A stretch of 64,000 nt of DNA from NCBI RefSeq assembly GCF_037126285.1, contig NZ_CP147012.1:3180676-3244675 (forward strand), written 5' to 3'. Below, piece by piece: positions 61,439-64,000 of this stretch. The notes beneath the pieces are model-generated. The model saw only the letters and a program-made list of their open reading frames with translations. It made no database searches and had not been told where the DNA came from. Both the position numbers and the translations under genes were made by a program. Source of the stretch: Bernardetia sp. MNP-M8 (lineage in GTDB: Bacteria > Bacteroidota > Bacteroidia > Cytophagales > Bernardetiaceae). How positions within the stretch are numbered: position 1 is the first letter of the stretch; every line of letters starts with the position of its first letter.

Positions 61439-64000
61439 TTAAAGTCTAATTCCGATAAGGGTAATATCATCACGTTGTTTTTGATTTCCTTGATGACGAT
61501 CCAAATCTTCTTCTAAAATAGTTTTTTGTTCACTCATATCAAAATCTGAATTCTGATTTAATAATTGATGTAAACGTTTCGAACCATATTTTGCACCTGC
61601 AATATTATTTTGATCAGTTATTCCATCAGTAAATAAGTAAAGCGCATCCCCTTTTTTGGCAGTCATTTGAAGTTGAATAAACGGACGTTTTTTGCTTTTT
61701 CTCCAACCACCAATAGATTTTTTATCGCCTTTCAAAATATGTGATTCTCCTCTGCTTATCCAAACGGCATGACGTTTTGCCCCTGCAAAAACAATTTCTC
61801 TTTCTAGTGTATCTTCTTCTAAAGCATCAATTCTACATAGAGAAACATCCATTCCATCATCATTTTTAGAATCTTCTTGTTTTAAAGCTGTTTTCAAACG
61901 AACGTGTAATTCGTCTAAAATTTTTGCAGGTTCAAGAACATTTGCTTCATTGATAATTTCATTGAGTAACCTACTTCCAATCATAGACATAAATGCTCCT
62001 GGTACTCCATGTCCTGTGCAATCAACAGAAGCAATAAAAGTGCGTCCTTCAATTTCTCTAAGCCAATAAAAATCTCCAGAAACCACATCTTTTGGTTTGA
62101 AAATCATGAATGAATCATCAAAACTATTTTTAAGCATATCATCAGTAGGCAAAATGGCTTGTTGAATCGTTTGTGCATAACGCAGACTGTCCATAATACG
62201 CACGCTACTTTCCTGAATCGTATTTTTAGCCTGACCCAACTCTGAATAATTTTGGATGTTATCTAAGGCAATCGAAACATAAGAAGCTAACCCTTTTAAT
62301 AACGTCAAATGACGATCAGAATAAGTGTTTTTTTCTAAAGATTGTACTGTCAGAACACCAACAGGACGATTTTTGATAGCCAACGGCAAATAAATAAGCG
62401 ATTTTGGAATTGTAGTCCCTACTGCTACTACTTCTCCAGCTACATACTTTGCATATTCACTTTGAAGGTCTCCGATTTTTACTTCTTTTTGATTACGAAT
62501 TGCCCAAGCAGAAAGTAATGTTTTATCTCTAGCTGCATTAAAATCATACTTTAAGGGGTTTCCTTCTACTGAATATCCTCTAAATTCTATCAAACTGCTT
62601 TTCTCATTCAAAACACCAATTCCGAAACCTGGGGCATTCATTAAACTATTGACGTGTTGATAAAGAACAGCTACCATTTGGTCAAAATCTAAAGTAGCTG
62701 TTACTTGTTGCCCAATATCTGAGAGTATACGTACATTTTGATACGAATTTTCGATTTCATTTCTTTGTTTTGAAAGGTCATCACGTTGCGCCATTACTTC
62801 AGCTTGTTTTTGTTTCAAAACAGCATTCATATCTAAAATCTGACGACTTTGATTAGAAATTTCGTTGTAAGCAATCTGTAATTTTTCTTTTTCTCCTTCT
62901 AGTTCATTTGTTCTTTGATGAACTTCCATAGAAAGACGGCTTTTTTGTTTTTGCATTTCCCCATTTCGCCAAAACCAAAATGAAGCTCCAGCACCAATCA
63001 AAAGCATAGCTAATGCAATTTTGAACCAAATTGCTTCCCAGTAAGGAGGATTAATATAGATACGTAAAGTAGCACCACTTTCATTCCAGTATCCATCATT
63101 ATTGGCAGCTTTTACTCTCAAAATATACTCTCGTCCTTCTGGTAAGTTGGTATAAGATGCAGTATGATTACGATAAGATGTATAATGCCATTCCTCATCA
63201 AAACCTTCTAATTTGTACATATAGACTGTTTTTTTAGGAAGGCGATAATTTAGGGCGACAAAATCAACCGAAAAACTATTTTGTCCGTGAGCAAGCGTTA
63301 TCATGTCTGTTTGAGCAATATTTCTACTCAAAATTCCTGTTTCATCATTTGCACGAATATCTCTACCCAAAATCTTTAAATTAGTAAGATAAACAGGTGG
63401 AATATAATTATTGTCCTTAATGCTATCTGGATGAAAGACAGTAATTCCATACACTGTACCAAAGATAAGTTCACCATTTTTTGTTCTTTCTATGGCATTG
63501 TGATTAAAGCGATTGCTTGGAAGTCCATCATTTACATCATAATTCCTAAAAACTTGCGTATCAATATTAAACCTTGACAGACCTCTATTTGTACTAATCC
63601 ATAAATGACGACTGTTGTCTTGTTCGATGGCATAAATTACACCATCAGGCAAACCATCTTTTTCGGTATAATGTGTAAAATTGTCAGCTTCTTTATGGAA
63701 ACGATTAAGACCTCCTCCATGTGTACCTGCCCAAAGTACGCCTGTTTCATCTTCGAAAAGAGTAACAATATAACCATTACTAAGTCCACCAGAATTATCA
63801 TTGGCTTGATTGTAGGTAATAAAATCATTACTTTGTTTTCTAAAACGATTAAGTCCATTGCTCGTTCCTACCCACAAAATGCCATATCTATCTTGTAATA
63901 ATGCCCATACTGAATTATCACTTAATCCTGAGCCATCTCTTTCTGTATATTTATATACTTTTTCAGTTTTGTCTTTTATGGCGTACAGTCCATTATTTGT
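61439..64000 (-). CDS. paralogous beta-propeller / Y_Y_Y / TM / GAF / PP2C (SpoIIE) sensor phosphatase, N-terminus beyond the window
   Basis: The architecture and C-terminal block (VVSGDFYWL...VDCTGHGVPGAFM...DGMDVSLCRID...TDGITDQ) match 24755..28585. The minus-strand frame stays open from 63878 to the window end with further propeller repeats. Confidence 0.8.
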   Translation of the reverse strand, partial: TNNGLYAIKDKTEKVYKYTERDGSGLSDNSVWALLQDRYGILWVGTSNGLNRFRKQSNDFITYNQANDNSGGLSNGYIVTLFEDETGVLWAGTHGGGLNRFHKEADNFTHYTEKDGLPDGVIYAIEQDNSRHLWISTNRGLSRFNIDTQVFRNYDVNDGLPSNRFNHNAIERTKNGELIFGTVYGITVFHPDSIKDNNYIPPVYLTNLKILGRDIRANDETGILSRNIAQTDMITLAHGQNSFSVDFVALNYRLPKKTVYMYKLEGFDEEWHYTSYRNHTASYTNLPEGREYILRVKAANNDGYWNESGATLRIYINPPYWEAIWFKIALAMLLIGAGASFWFWRNGEMQKQKSRLSMEVHQRTNELEGEKEKLQIAYNEISNQSRQILDMNAVLKQKQAEVMAQRDDLSKQRNEIENSYQNVRILSDIGQQVTATLDFDQMVAVLYQHVNSLMNAPGFGIGVLNEKSSLIEFRGYSVEGNPLKYDFNAARDKTLLSAWAIRNQKEVKIGDLQSEYAKYVAGEVVAVGTTIPKSLIYLPLAIKNRPVGVLTVQSLEKNTYSDRHLTLLKGLASYVSIALDNIQNYSELGQAKNTIQESSVRIMDSLRYAQTIQQAILPTDDMLKNSFDDSFMIFKPKDVVSGDFYWLREIEGRTFIASVDCTGHGVPGAFMSMIGSRLLNEIINEANVLEPAKILDELHVRLKTALKQEDSKNDDGMDVSLCRIDALEEDTLEREIVFAGAKRHAVWISRGESHILKGDKKSIGGWRKSKKRPFIQLQMTAKKGDALYLFTDGITDQNNIAGAKYGSKRLHQLLNQNSDFDMSEQKTILEEDLDRHQGNQKQRDDITLIGIRL

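Noticed and set aside
47074-63898. Remaining short overlapping ORFs (47074..47382, 48395..48610, 49625..49849, 51035..51298, 51587..51790, 51735..51947, 52226..52537, 52553..52789, 54148..54330, 54907..55116, 56692..56931, 58014..58196, 60515..60706, 63605..63898, 63637..63858).
   Set aside because: They overlap or run antisense to better-supported genes, or lie in repeat-rich spacers (54148..54330 reads through the heptamer element). None shows a motif or plausible start context.

Overview
This is an AT-rich (roughly one-third GC) chromosomal segment that looks like a Bacteroidota genome of the Cytophagia or gliding-bacterium type. The evidence is a T9SS C-terminal sorting domain, a PorV-like channel, Bacteroidetes-style giant beta-propeller sensor proteins, and the absence of obvious Shine-Dalgarno dependence. 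Most of the window is housekeeping, each gene recognised from motifs in the translated ORFs: ftsH, eno, the H+-pyrophosphatase hppA, birA, rsfS, scpB, rluB, msrA, pyrF, hslU, a ctp/S41 protease, floA and a zinc ADH. Accessory content sits between these genes. It includes a bacterial major-vault-protein (MVP) homolog, an RlaP-type nucleotidyltransferase next to a WYL regulator, three tandem small lipoprotein paralogs followed by an M43 metalloprotease interrupted by an in-frame TAG, and two paralogous beta-propeller/GAF/PP2C sensors, one followed by a SiaB-like GHKL kinase. A family of heptamer-based dispersed repeats ((CAGTTAT)n and (ATTACGA)n) and several unusually structured gene-free regions are also present. 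I found no rRNA, tRNA, CRISPR array, transposase or integrase. All calls rest on reading the sequence and the translated ORFs; no database search was possible.
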